54,539 bases of DNA from the NCBI GenBank assembly GCA_964515785.1, contig CAZEWH010000006.1, forward strand, positions 4,182 through 58,720, given 5' to 3'. Source of the DNA: an uncultured Gammaproteobacteria bacterium (GTDB lineage: Bacteria > Patescibacteriota > Patescibacteriia > UBA1558 > GWA2-36-10). A program made the translations under genes and the position numbers. Shown one piece after another: positions 19,410 to 27,611 of the stretch (positions within the stretch are counted from its first letter, which is position 1; every line of letters begins with the position of its first letter). The notes below the pieces were generated by a model. That model had not been told where the DNA came from. It was given only the letters and a program-made list of their open reading frames with translations, and did no database searches.

Positions 19410-19893
19410 TAGGTTTTACTAATTCTAGGTATTTAAATTTAAGATCATTATACTCATGCTCTTCTTCAGATAAAATTTTGGAAAACTCTGTATATTCTGG
19501 AAAAAAAGTATCAGCTTCAAAAGTTTTGTCTATCAAAGTCAAATATAATTTATCTGCATATTTTATACTCTGCGCATAGATAGAGGCTCCACCAATAAAA
19601 AATATTTCATCGTCGTCAGAAGCTTTGGCATATTCTAAAGCTTCTTCTATAGAGTATTTGATCACGCAGCCTTCAGCTTTAAAATTTTTATCTTGAGTCA
19701 GCACAACATTTATTCTATTGGGAAGTGGTCTACCGATGGATTCAAAAGTAGTCTGACCCATGATAACCATATGGCCAGAAGTAATATTTTTGAAATGCTG
19801 CAAATCAGGCGGCAAATGGACTAGCAATTTATTTTTATATCCAATCCCGCGGTCGCGAGCTATAGCACAAATTATACTAATAGTTTTTTTCAT
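19393..19893 (-). CDS. folA: Dihydrofolate reductase
   Basis: IG..NKL...LPPDLQHFK, IMGQTTFESIGRPLPNR, IGGASIY, ADTFFP. Confidence 0.95.
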   Translation of the reverse strand: MKKTISIICAIARDRGIGYKNKLLVHLPPDLQHFKNITSGHMVIMGQTTFESIGRPLPNRINVVLTQDKNFKAEGCVIKYSIEEALEYAKASDDDEIFFIGGASIYAQSIKYADKLYLTLIDKTFEADTFFPEYTEFSKILSEEEHEYNDLKFKYLELVKPNETQD

Positions 19894-19895
19894 AT

Positions 19896-20807
19896 CTAAA
19901 CAGCTATCGGAGCTTTGATGCCCGGATGCGGATCATAATTTTCTAAAATAAAATCTTCAAACTTAAAATCATTGATATCTTTGATATCTGGATTAATCTT
20001 CATAGTTGGTAAAGCTCGAGGTGTACGAGCTAATTGTCTGTCTACTTGTTCTAGATGATTTTTATAAATATGGACATTACCAAAGGAAACAATAAATTCT
20101 CCTGACTTCAAACCAGTCACTTGAGCCAACATCATGGTCAATAATGAATAAGAAGCAATATCAAAGGGTACCCCCAAAAATACATCAGCACTACGCTGAT
20201 AAAGATGACAAGATAATTTGCCATCATGGATATAAAACTGAAAAAATGATGGACAAGGTGGCGGAGCTGTACGCTTGCCTTTGATCAAAGTCTGTAGTTC
20301 ACCGGTATTCCAAGCAGACACAATAATGCGGCGAGAAGTTGGATTATTCTTTATCTGATCAATTACAATCGCAATTTGATCAATCTCTCCTCCACCTGGA
20401 CCAAGCCAACGACGCCATTGTTTGCCATAGACTGGACCAAGTTCACCCCAATTTCTAGCAAAATCTGCATTGTCTTTTATTTTGTCTATAAACTCATCTT
20501 GGGATAAAAATTTCTTTTCGCCACGAGATTCCATGACTTCTTTATAAACAGCATAAGGCCAATCATCCCAAATATGAACATTATTTTGAACCAACCAGCG
20601 AATATTTGTCTCACCTCTTAGCATCCATAATAAATCATAAATAGCTCCTTTTAAGAAAACTTTCTTAGTGGTCACTAAAGGAAATTTTTCAGAAATATCA
20701 AAACGGAGCTGGCCACCAAAATAACTACGTGTACCTACTCCAGTACGGTCATCGCCATCATTACCTTCGTCTCTAATTTTTTTTAGTAAATCAAGATATT
20801 GTTTCAT
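19896..20807 (-). CDS. thyA: Thymidylate synthase (ThyA) homologue with altered pyrimidine pocket; candidate dCMP methyltransferase
   Basis: [22 protein letters not shown](185), QRSAD, HIY, C-terminal IAV; but D58, P186, D216 replace E58, H147, N177 (E. coli numbering). Confidence 0.9.
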   Translation of the reverse strand: MKQYLDLLKKIRDEGNDGDDRTGVGTRSYFGGQLRFDISEKFPLVTTKKVFLKGAIYDLLWMLRGETNIRWLVQNNVHIWDDWPYAVYKEVMESRGEKKFLSQDEFIDKIKDNADFARNWGELGPVYGKQWRRWLGPGGGEIDQIAIVIDQIKNNPTSRRIIVSAWNTGELQTLIKGKRTAPPPCPSFFQFYIHDGKLSCHLYQRSADVFLGVPFDIASYSLLTMMLAQVTGLKSGEFIVSFGNVHIYKNHLEQVDRQLARTPRALPTMKINPDIKDINDFKFEDFILENYDPHPGIKAPIAV

Positions 20808-20808
20808 C

Positions 20809-21354
20809 TTATTCTACTAGTTTATCTAATTGTTTATACAAATCTTCTAGACTGCCGTTGTTATCTATAGTCACATCAGCTTGCTTTAATAATTCTGGAA
20901 TATAAACCTCAGTTTCCAATTTATGATCAGCTTGAAACTGCTCCCATGTTTTACTAATATCATCAGCATTTTCTCCTCGTTTTTTTAAACGTTCAAAACG
21001 TATTTTACTATCTACTTCAACGCCAATCAACTGAAAACCTTCAATTTTTTTCAAAGCTTCTAAATCATAACTTCTCCTAACACCGTCAATAACTACTAAT
21101 TCACTTTCAGACTTGGCTGCATCATTGGCAATGACTTTAGAAAAAAGATTTTGCCCAAAAGCTTCTCGTAAAACTAAAGATATCTCTGCCATATTTTTTC
21201 GAGACTGTTCCAAATACAGCCTATCTAAAACATCCCTCATGGAAGTAGAAAAACGAAAAGATACAGCCTTGTGTTTCTCTATAAAATATTTGGCAGCTGT
21301 ACCCTTACCACTAGCAATCAAACCAGTAAAAGCTAAAATCTTTTTATTTGGCAT
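20809..21354 (-). CDS. P-loop nucleoside monophosphate kinase-like protein (dephospho-CoA kinase/dNMP kinase-like)
   Basis: [37 protein letters not shown]. Confidence 0.75.
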   Translation of the reverse strand: MPNKKILAFTGLIASGKGTAAKYFIEKHKAVSFRFSTSMRDVLDRLYLEQSRKNMAEISLVLREAFGQNLFSKVIANDAAKSESELVVIDGVRRSYDLEALKKIEGFQLIGVEVDSKIRFERLKKRGENADDISKTWEQFQADHKLETEVYIPELLKQADVTIDNNGSLEDLYKQLDKLVE

Positions 21355-21838
21355 CGTTGTCTGTAATCACAAATTTTTTGGTAGGAGTGTACTTTTTGTA
21401 TTTGACTTGAGCCAAATCAAAAAGTTTTTTGGCAGCTACAGAATATTCTTCATTGATATACTTGTCATCAAAATAATAGACTTCTTTGATACCAGCTTGA
21501 ATAATAGTCTTGGCACATTCGTTGCAAGGGAATAAAGTACAATAAACTTTACCGCCTTTGACTGATTTGTTGGAGTTGTAGATAGCATTACGCTCAGCGT
21601 GGACTGTATAAGGATATTTGGTATAAGTCCAATCATCGGTTTCTTTGCCCCAAGGCAAATCATCAGTTTCTATTCCTCGTGGAAAACCATTGTAGCCCAA
21701 TCCCAAAATAACGTTGTTTTCATCGACTACCACTGCTCCAGTGCGGGTAGAAGGCTCTTTTGATCTTTCGGATATCAAAAAGGCCATCAGCATAAAGGTA
21801 TCGTTCCATGATAAAAAATCTTTTCTTGGTCCTGACAT
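21344..21838 (-). CDS. dCMP deaminase; probable start ATG 21838
   Basis: Zn motifs HAERNA and PCNECAK, GYNG, RSKEP..TGAVVV; ORF extension to 21919 overlaps the promoter. Confidence 0.92.
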   Translation of the reverse strand: MSGPRKDFLSWNDTFMLMAFLISERSKEPSTRTGAVVVDENNVILGLGYNGFPRGIETDDLPWGKETDDWTYTKYPYTVHAERNAIYNSNKSVKGGKVYCTLFPCNECAKTIIQAGIKEVYYFDDKYINEEYSVAAKKLFDLAQVKYKKYTPTKKFVITDNDAK

Positions 21839-21863
21839 ATTTTTATAGGTTAAAAGTATGTAT

Positions 21864-21892
21864 ATTTTATCATAAGCTAAGTGCAAAGGCAA
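21864..21892 (-). promoter_or_regulatory. Promoter of the deoxypyrimidine operon
   Basis: TTGCCT (21892-87), 17 nt, TAAAAT (21869-64) with extended TG. Confidence 0.55.
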
Positions 21893-21895
21893 ACC

Positions 21896-21924
21896 AAAAA
21901 AATCAACCCGACGGGTCAATTTTT
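21896..21924 (-). terminator. Terminator after YgjP-like gene
   Basis: Minus strand AATTGACCC-GTC-GGGTTGATT followed by U tract. Confidence 0.55.
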
Positions 21925-21937
21925 AGGCTAATATTAG

Positions 21938-22495
21938 CTAAATTTTCTTAAGTTCTCTTTCTATTTCTTTATAATTTGGAATAGCCTGAGACACTAGTTG
22001 CCAAAAGCTTAGCGAATGATTGAGTTCAGCTAAATGACACATTTCGTGGACAATAATATAATCAGCAATAAAAGGCGGCAATAAGCACAATCGATAGTTA
22101 AAATTGAGATTTTTGTCTGAAGAACAAGAGCCCCAGCGAGTTTTTTGATTACGGATGGCTATGCGATTGTATTTAAAATTATATATTTGATTAAAAAATT
22201 CTAATCTAGCATATACTAAATTTCTGGTAATTTTTTTATATTTTTTTATTAAAGCTTCGGAATGCTGTTGATGCAATAAACTAGGTGTAGATTTTTGTTT
22301 ATCTACATTTTGCAAAACCCAAGACCAACGCTTGAGCATAAATTTTTGAATCAAATAAATCGGATAGGTCTTGGCAGCTGTTACAACGACCGTGCCATCA
22401 TAATCTATCGACAAACGCAAATACTTCGCGCGTGCTCGCCGGCGCAATTTATAATCGTATTGCTGTCCATCTACTTTTAAAATTCTATTTTCCAT
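21938..22495 (-). CDS. YgjP/DUF45-family (M48-like) metal-dependent hydrolase
   Basis: IRNQKTRWGSCS, LNFN, DYIIVHEMCHL..NHS..FW. Confidence 0.9.
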   Translation of the reverse strand: MENRILKVDGQQYDYKLRRRARAKYLRLSIDYDGTVVVTAAKTYPIYLIQKFMLKRWSWVLQNVDKQKSTPSLLHQQHSEALIKKYKKITRNLVYARLEFFNQIYNFKYNRIAIRNQKTRWGSCSSDKNLNFNYRLCLLPPFIADYIIVHEMCHLAELNHSLSFWQLVSQAIPNYKEIERELKKI

Positions 22496-22877
22496 GCTCT
22501 ATTAAATTATCTTGCAAAACTTCTTGACCAGCTTTGGTATATGCTCGCACCAAACCCCCTACTCCAAGTTTGGTACCACCAAAATATCTTATTACTACTA
22601 ACAGACAATTTATTACTTCTTTTTTCTGTAATAAATATAATAAGGGCTTACCAGCAGAATTGACTGGCTCTTTATTATTATCAAACTTTTCTTTCAAAAC
22701 ATTATTATCTAATAATCTATAAGCATAGACAAGATGATTGGCATTTTTATGTTGTTTATTTAGATCTAATAATATTTTTTTAATATCAGCTTCTTCCTCT
22801 ATTAAAAAAGTAAAGCCCAGAAATCTGGACTTTTTTACTTTTATTTCTGATTTAAGACTTTGCTTGATTGTCAGCAT
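22485..22877 (-). CDS. YigZ/IMPACT family protein (UPF0029 domain only)
   Basis: VKKSRF, ANH..YAY, EP..SAGKP, VIRYFGGTKLGVGGLVRAY. Confidence 0.9.
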   Translation of the reverse strand: MLTIKQSLKSEIKVKKSRFLGFTFLIEEEADIKKILLDLNKQHKNANHLVYAYRLLDNNVLKEKFDNNKEPVNSAGKPLLYLLQKKEVINCLLVVIRYFGGTKLGVGGLVRAYTKAGQEVLQDNLIEHGK

Positions 22878-23056
22878 TATTTCTTGGCTTTTTGCAATTT
22901 AAAACTATAAGAACCTTCACTTCTCTTATCTATCATACTAAGACCAATCAAGATAACAATTACTGGCCAGACAAAACTCCAAAAATCACCTACAATAAAA
23001 CCCATGGTCTGTAATAGCCATAAAACACCAACTACTACAAAAATGATTCCAATCAT
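22877..23056 (-). CDS. 59-aa two-TM membrane protein (DUF5668/LiaF-TM-like), absent from ORF track
   Basis: Hand translation MIGIIFVVVGVLWLLQTMGFIVGDFWSFVWPVIVILIGLSMIDKRSEGSYSFKLQKAKK; SD GGAGG; TAATG overlap with next start. Confidence 0.8.
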   Translation of the reverse strand: MIGIIFVVVGVLWLLQTMGFIVGDFWSFVWPVIVILIGLSMIDKRSEGSYSFKLQKAKK

Positions 23057-23115
23057 GATAATTTACCTCCTAAAATAATTAATTTTTAATATATTAATTA
23101 TACACTATTTCATAC

Positions 23116-23150
23116 AAAAATAAAAACCCTATTCTAAATAGAACAGGGTT
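23116..23150 (-). terminator. Terminator after lipoprotein gene
   Basis: AACCCTGTTCT-ATTT-AGAATAGGGTT then U-rich. Confidence 0.7.
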
Positions 23151-23616
23151 ATTGAAGTTCGATGTCGATGAAATGTTGCTCATAGAGCCACTCTTCACCA
23201 AAATTGTCATCCAGCCACTCACGCCAATCACCAGGCAGATAAGAAATAGCCCATTCGATAACTCCCGCAAACTGGGAATTATAGACCATGACTTCGCCCC
23301 AAATGCGCATGCCTTGATGCAAGTGAAAACTATTGTCAGCACTGACATCACCAGATGAAATCCAGTAGTCTTTAAAAAGCACTACTTCTTCGTGACTATA
23401 ATCCTCTAAGCGAACGCCGATAATCCGGTCGTTGTGATTGGATACGGTGATCAGTTTGCCAGAATCTTCAGTCAGATCAAAAGTAATCTGAACCTGGGCA
23501 TCTTCCACATAAATACTGTAGATATCAGTCTCAGACTCAATGGTCACTGGATCTGAGCAGCCAGCAATAAAAAACAGCAGCACTGCTGCTATTAGCCAAG
23601 TCAATGCTTTTTTCAT
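23149..23616 (-). CDS. Hypothetical lipoprotein
   Basis: Signal peptide with lipobox IAGC; strong SD AGGAGGAGGTG; own terminator. Confidence 0.8.
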   Translation of the reverse strand: MKKALTWLIAAVLLFFIAGCSDPVTIESETDIYSIYVEDAQVQITFDLTEDSGKLITVSNHNDRIIGVRLEDYSHEEVVLFKDYWISSGDVSADNSFHLHQGMRIWGEVMVYNSQFAGVIEWAISYLPGDWREWLDDNFGEEWLYEQHFIDIELQ

Positions 23617-23640
23617 GACTCACCTCCTCCTATGAAAGAA

Positions 23641-23756
23641 CATTTTGCAATTGATAGTCTCTAAGCTACTTGTCAGCATAAAGGTTGTGGCAAGGAGGGA
23701 TGCTACAAAACCAAGAACTGACAAATAGCTTATAAACCACCAATCTTGGCAAAATA
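23641..23756 (-). promoter_or_regulatory. Long hairpin in 5' leader of lipoprotein gene
   Basis: 23662-23676 pairs with 23718-23732, with inner and outer extensions; G-U pattern favours minus strand; loop UCCCUCCU. Confidence 0.55.
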
Positions 23757-23834
23757 CTGGTTTATTGCTACAATCTCTAAGTATTAAGATTCCAGATATT
23801 ATTTTTTACCAAAAGAAATGAGTTTTGTCAAGTC

Positions 23835-26768
23835 ATGAAACAAACAAAAATAACTTGTACTGACAAAGCCGCAGTACAGACTATCAGTATATGGCAGACC
23901 CCCCTATTACAAGGATCTGGGGCGATTTTGTGGTGCCTAGAAAATAATCAACAAATCAAAATTTATTCTGACTTATTAAATACTTGGCAAAAATATTTTG
24001 GTAAAAAGAAAAAAGAAATTATAGCTTGGCCAGACAAAGAAGAAATAAATCTAGAATTATTAATTAAATTACAAAATAATAAAAATATTATTATTTTAAC
24101 TAGTTTTAATAACCTAGAACAAAATATTCCTGCTTGGGAATATTTAAATAAAAATAAAATAACTCTAAAACTTAGGCAAAATTATTCTTTGATTCAGCTA
24201 GCTAAAGATCTAGTAGCTCTTGGTTTTGAACAAGAAGCAGAAGTTTATCAAAACAATCAATTTAATATCCATGGCAATGTCATCGATATTCAACAACAAG
24301 ATAAAATTTTTAGGTTAAATTTTGATATTAATAATCTAGAATATATTTCTCAAGATAATAAAAAAATATCTGAAATAAATATATATTCTAACAAAAATAT
24401 TCATAAACAAACATTTATAAATTCTTTGCCAATAAAATGCTCATTAATTTATAAAGAACATCAAGCTGAATATTTCCAAGATCTAAAAAATAATAAATTA
24501 ATTTTTGATAGTTTATCTAAAGCAGATTTTGAATTCAAAACTCAAGCTATTTCTCCACTAATAAAAAACAAAGCAGATATATTTAAAAATAAAACAAATT
24601 ATAATATCTTTTGGTTTAGTAAAAACAAAGTTCAGGCTAATAAAATATTAAAGCAATATAAACTCAAAGCCAATATTATAGATTATTCCCAGTCTCTCAA
24701 GTGGCCTGACATGTTTGTAGTTGATGATCAAAAAATATTGGTAATTAACGACACTCTATTTTTTCTAGAAGACAGATTAACTAAACAAACAAAACAACAA
24801 CGGGAATTTTTACCAGATTTTAAAGTTGGTGACCTTGTTGTTCATCGTGATCATGGCATAGCTTATTTAGATAAAATAACTACTATGAAAGTTGACGATC
24901 ATGACAAAGAATACATGGTCTTGGCTTATGCTGACAACGATACTTTGTTTGTACCACTAGAATTAGCTGACAAAATAGAAAAATATATTGGCCCCCAAAA
25001 CCCAAAAATCCAACGACTATCTATTGGTAATACTTGGCCGCAAACTCTCAAAAAAATAAAAGATCATACTTTGCAATTAGCCAATGAATTATTACATATA
25101 GAAGCTACTCGTAAATTACATCAGACTCCTGTTTTAAAAAAACAAGATCTAATAAAACAAGTATCCAGAGACTTTCCTTATCAAGTCACACCATCGCAAG
25201 ATGCTGCTATCCAGGATGTGATGACTGATTTGGCATCAAGCAATCCAGCTGATCGTCTGATTTGTGGTGATGTTGGTTTTGGTAAAACTGAAGTAGCTCT
25301 CAGGGCTGCAGCTCAAGCAGTAGCCAACGGCTACCAAGTAGCTATCCTCTGCCCTACTACAATCCTAGCTCAACAGCATTATGACAATTTTATAAATAGA
25401 CTAGAGAAATACGGAGTAAATATTGCCTTACTTACTCGCTGGCAAGATAAATCAAAAATAAAACAAAATATTTCTAAAATCAAAAATAATCAAATAGATA
25501 TTATAATAGGAACTCATAGATTATTGTCTCGTGATATTGTCATTCCTAAATTGCAGTTGTTAATAATAGATGAAGAACAAAATTTTGGTGTCGAAGCCAA
25601 AGAAAAACTCAAAAAACACAAAGCTAATATAAATTTATTGACTCTAACTGCTACACCTATACCCCGCACGCTTAACTTGGCATTATCAGCCATCAAAGAC
25701 ATTTCGCTGATTACTCATCCTATTAGTGATCGTAAAAGCATAGAAACTTCAGTCCACAAAACTAGTGATGAAGTTATCAGTCATGCTATCCAGCAAGAGT
25801 TAGATAGAAAAGGTCAAGTATATTTTCTGCATAATAGAGTAGAGACTATAAATCTTGCCTACAAAAAAATAGCCAAATTATTCCCTAAAGCCAAAATAGC
25901 TATTGCTCACGGACAACTTGAAGACAAGCAACTGGCTCAAGTCATGCATGACTTTGATACTAGTCAAGTAGATATTTTGGTTTGTTCAACGATCATTGCC
26001 AATGGCTTGGATATCCCTAATGCCAATACTCTGATAATCACCGAAGCTGATCGTTTTGGTCTAGCTCAGTTGCATCAATTACGTGGCAGGATTGGTCGAG
26101 CTAATAAACAAGCTTATGCTTATTTTCTTTATAGTGTTTCTAAACTCAAAAAAAATGCTAGTTTGAGATTATCTCATCTCAAATTAGCTAGTGACTTGGG
26201 AGCGGGTTTTAAAATAGCTCATCGTGATCTAGAGCTACGTGGCGTAGGTAATATTTTGGGCAAAGCTCAATCTGGCAAAGTAAAATCTATTGGCTTGGGA
26301 TTTTATCAACAACTAATAGCTGAAACTATTGCAGATCTAAAAGGTCAAGTTTACCAAACTTGGCGAGATATTGAGATCAAATTAAAACTCGACACTACAG
26401 TGCCAGATAAAATGTTTAATAACATTGCCGAAAAACTTAGCTGGTATCAAAAAATTAGTCGCATTAGAAATTTAGAAGAAATCAAAAAATTATACAAAAA
26501 ATATAAAAACCCAAATATTCACAATATTTTGTGGCTGCAAGAAATTAGAATCCTAGCACAAGACACTGATATTTTTAATATTAATACTTATAAAACCAAA
26601 GACAAAGAATTTATTGCTTTTGATTTGTTAAGGGATCTAGATAATAATAAATTATTAAAAATTTTAAAAATAAATCAGAATTATAATTATAATAATCATA
26701 GATTAAAAATAGATGTTAATTTATTATCAGATATAAAAGAAATAAAAAAAGCGGTCAAGTATTTATGA
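23835..26768 (+). CDS. mfd: Transcription-repair coupling factor (divergent N-terminus)
   Basis: RID GDLVVHRDHGI, GDVGFGKT, DEEQ, TATPIPRTL, QLRGRIGR, TRG motif DLELRGVG. Confidence 0.92.
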   Translation: MKQTKITCTDKAAVQTISIWQTPLLQGSGAILWCLENNQQIKIYSDLLNTWQKYFGKKKKEIIAWPDKEEINLELLIKLQNNKNIIILTSFNNLEQNIPAWEYLNKNKITLKLRQNYSLIQLAKDLVALGFEQEAEVYQNNQFNIHGNVIDIQQQDKIFRLNFDINNLEYISQDNKKISEINIYSNKNIHKQTFINSLPIKCSLIYKEHQAEYFQDLKNNKLIFDSLSKADFEFKTQAISPLIKNKADIFKNKTNYNIFWFSKNKVQANKILKQYKLKANIIDYSQSLKWPDMFVVDDQKILVINDTLFFLEDRLTKQTKQQREFLPDFKVGDLVVHRDHGIAYLDKITTMKVDDHDKEYMVLAYADNDTLFVPLELADKIEKYIGPQNPKIQRLSIGNTWPQTLKKIKDHTLQLANELLHIEATRKLHQTPVLKKQDLIKQVSRDFPYQVTPSQDAAIQDVMTDLASSNPADRLICGDVGFGKTEVALRAAAQAVANGYQVAILCPTTILAQQHYDNFINRLEKYGVNIALLTRWQDKSKIKQNISKIKNNQIDIIIGTHRLLSRDIVIPKLQLLIIDEEQNFGVEAKEKLKKHKANINLLTLTATPIPRTLNLALSAIKDISLITHPISDRKSIETSVHKTSDEVISHAIQQELDRKGQVYFLHNRVETINLAYKKIAKLFPKAKIAIAHGQLEDKQLAQVMHDFDTSQVDILVCSTIIANGLDIPNANTLIITEADRFGLAQLHQLRGRIGRANKQAYAYFLYSVSKLKKNASLRLSHLKLASDLGAGFKIAHRDLELRGVGNILGKAQSGKVKSIGLGFYQQLIAETIADLKGQVYQTWRDIEIKLKLDTTVPDKMFNNIAEKLSWYQKISRIRNLEEIKKLYKKYKNPNIHNILWLQEIRILAQDTDIFNINTYKTKDKEFIAFDLLRDLDNNKLLKILKINQNYNYNNHRLKIDVNLLSDIKEIKKAVKYL

Positions 26769-26774
26769 CCGCTT
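26744..26774 (-). terminator. Terminator of the 88-aa gene, overlapping mfd 3' end
   Basis: Minus strand AAGCGGTCA-8nt-TGACCGC followed by U7. Confidence 0.65.
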
Positions 26775-26788
26775 CTTGTGTCAGCGTG

Positions 26789-27055
26789 TTACTTGATCGC
26801 CTGATGTACTCTGACGACTTCATCCCGATAACAATTGTTATCAAGAACAATCTGACAAGCAGCTTGCACCAGAGCTTTATCGCTCTCAAAGAGGGCTTCC
26901 AATCTGCCCTCATCTACTGGAAATTGTTTGCGAGCAAAAAACTCCAGTAAAGTGGTAATAACATCTTTACCACCCATGGTTGTAGCCGAATCCGCAGGCC
27001 TTGGCTCTTTGCTAGGCTCTGACTGACTCGAGGCAGCTGATCCACTATGAGGCAT
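26789..27055 (-). CDS. Orphan 88-aa protein
   Basis: SD AAGGGGGTG before ATG, downstream terminator, fills the mfd-smpB gap. Confidence 0.6.
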   Translation of the reverse strand: MPHSGSAASSQSEPSKEPRPADSATTMGGKDVITTLLEFFARKQFPVDEGRLEALFESDKALVQAACQIVLDNNCYRDEVVRVHQAIK

Positions 27056-27152
27056 GATTCACCCCCTTTCTTTAAAACGAACAGATTTTGTGATATAGTC
27101 AAGTCAGATGACTAATCACCAGTCATCGTCTTAATATCATATTTGAGAAAAA

Positions 27153-27608
27153 ATGTCAACTCTTTACTACAATAAAACGGCTACCTATAACTTCAAAATT
27201 GAAGAAGAATTTGAAGCTGGTTTGGTGTTGACTGGCCAAGAAGTCAAATCTGTCAAAGCTAAACATTTATCGTTAAAAGGTGCTTTTGTCTCTATAAAAG
27301 ACGGACAAGCTTGGCTCAAAAAAATGCATATTAGCCCTTATAGTAAGGCTGGGATTGGCCTCAAAAACTACAATCCAGAGCAAGATCGTAGATTATTACT
27401 AAAAAAGAAAGAAATCATATATTTATCCAATAAAACTAATGAAAAGGGCTTGACAATTGTCCCTATTTCAGTGTATACTAGTCGAAGATTAATTAAGGTA
27501 AAAATTGCCTTAGTTAAAGGAAAAAAGAAATTTGACAAGCGAGAAACCATAAAAAAACGGGAAGTAGGTCGAACTATTGCCCGTAAATTGAAAAGTTTCC
27601 GCAGATAA
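27153..27608 (+). CDS. smpB: SsrA-binding protein
   Basis: EAGLVLTGQEVKS, HISPY, RLLLKKKEI, GLTIVP, GKKKFDKRE. Confidence 0.97.
   Translation: MSTLYYNKTATYNFKIEEEFEAGLVLTGQEVKSVKAKHLSLKGAFVSIKDGQAWLKKMHISPYSKAGIGLKNYNPEQDRRLLLKKKEIIYLSNKTNEKGLTIVPISVYTSRRLIKVKIALVKGKKKFDKRETIKKREVGRTIARKLKSFRR
27450..27479 (+). promoter_or_regulatory. Candidate tmRNA promoter inside smpB
   Basis: TTGACA (27450-55), 18 nt, TATACT (27474-79). Confidence 0.45.
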
Positions 27609-27611
27609 TGC

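Noticed and set aside
19896-20807. dCMP hydroxymethylase or pseudogene reading of the TS homologue
   Set aside because: Overall sequence is close to bacterial ThyA, catalytic and folate residues are intact and DHFR is coupled; methylation fits better, though hydroxymethylation is not excluded without assay
21839-21919. N-terminal extension of dCMP deaminase
   Set aside because: Overlaps promoter and terminator elements; homology begins at MSGPRKDFLSW
21938-22495. YgjP-like hydrolase as a seventh member of the pyrimidine operon
   Set aside because: Separated by a terminator and an independent promoter; linkage may be incidental
23641-23756. 6S RNA or SRP RNA interpretation of the long hairpin
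   Set aside because: No SRP GNRA loop or internal-loop motif, no clear 6S central bubble with closing stem; kept as unclassified leader
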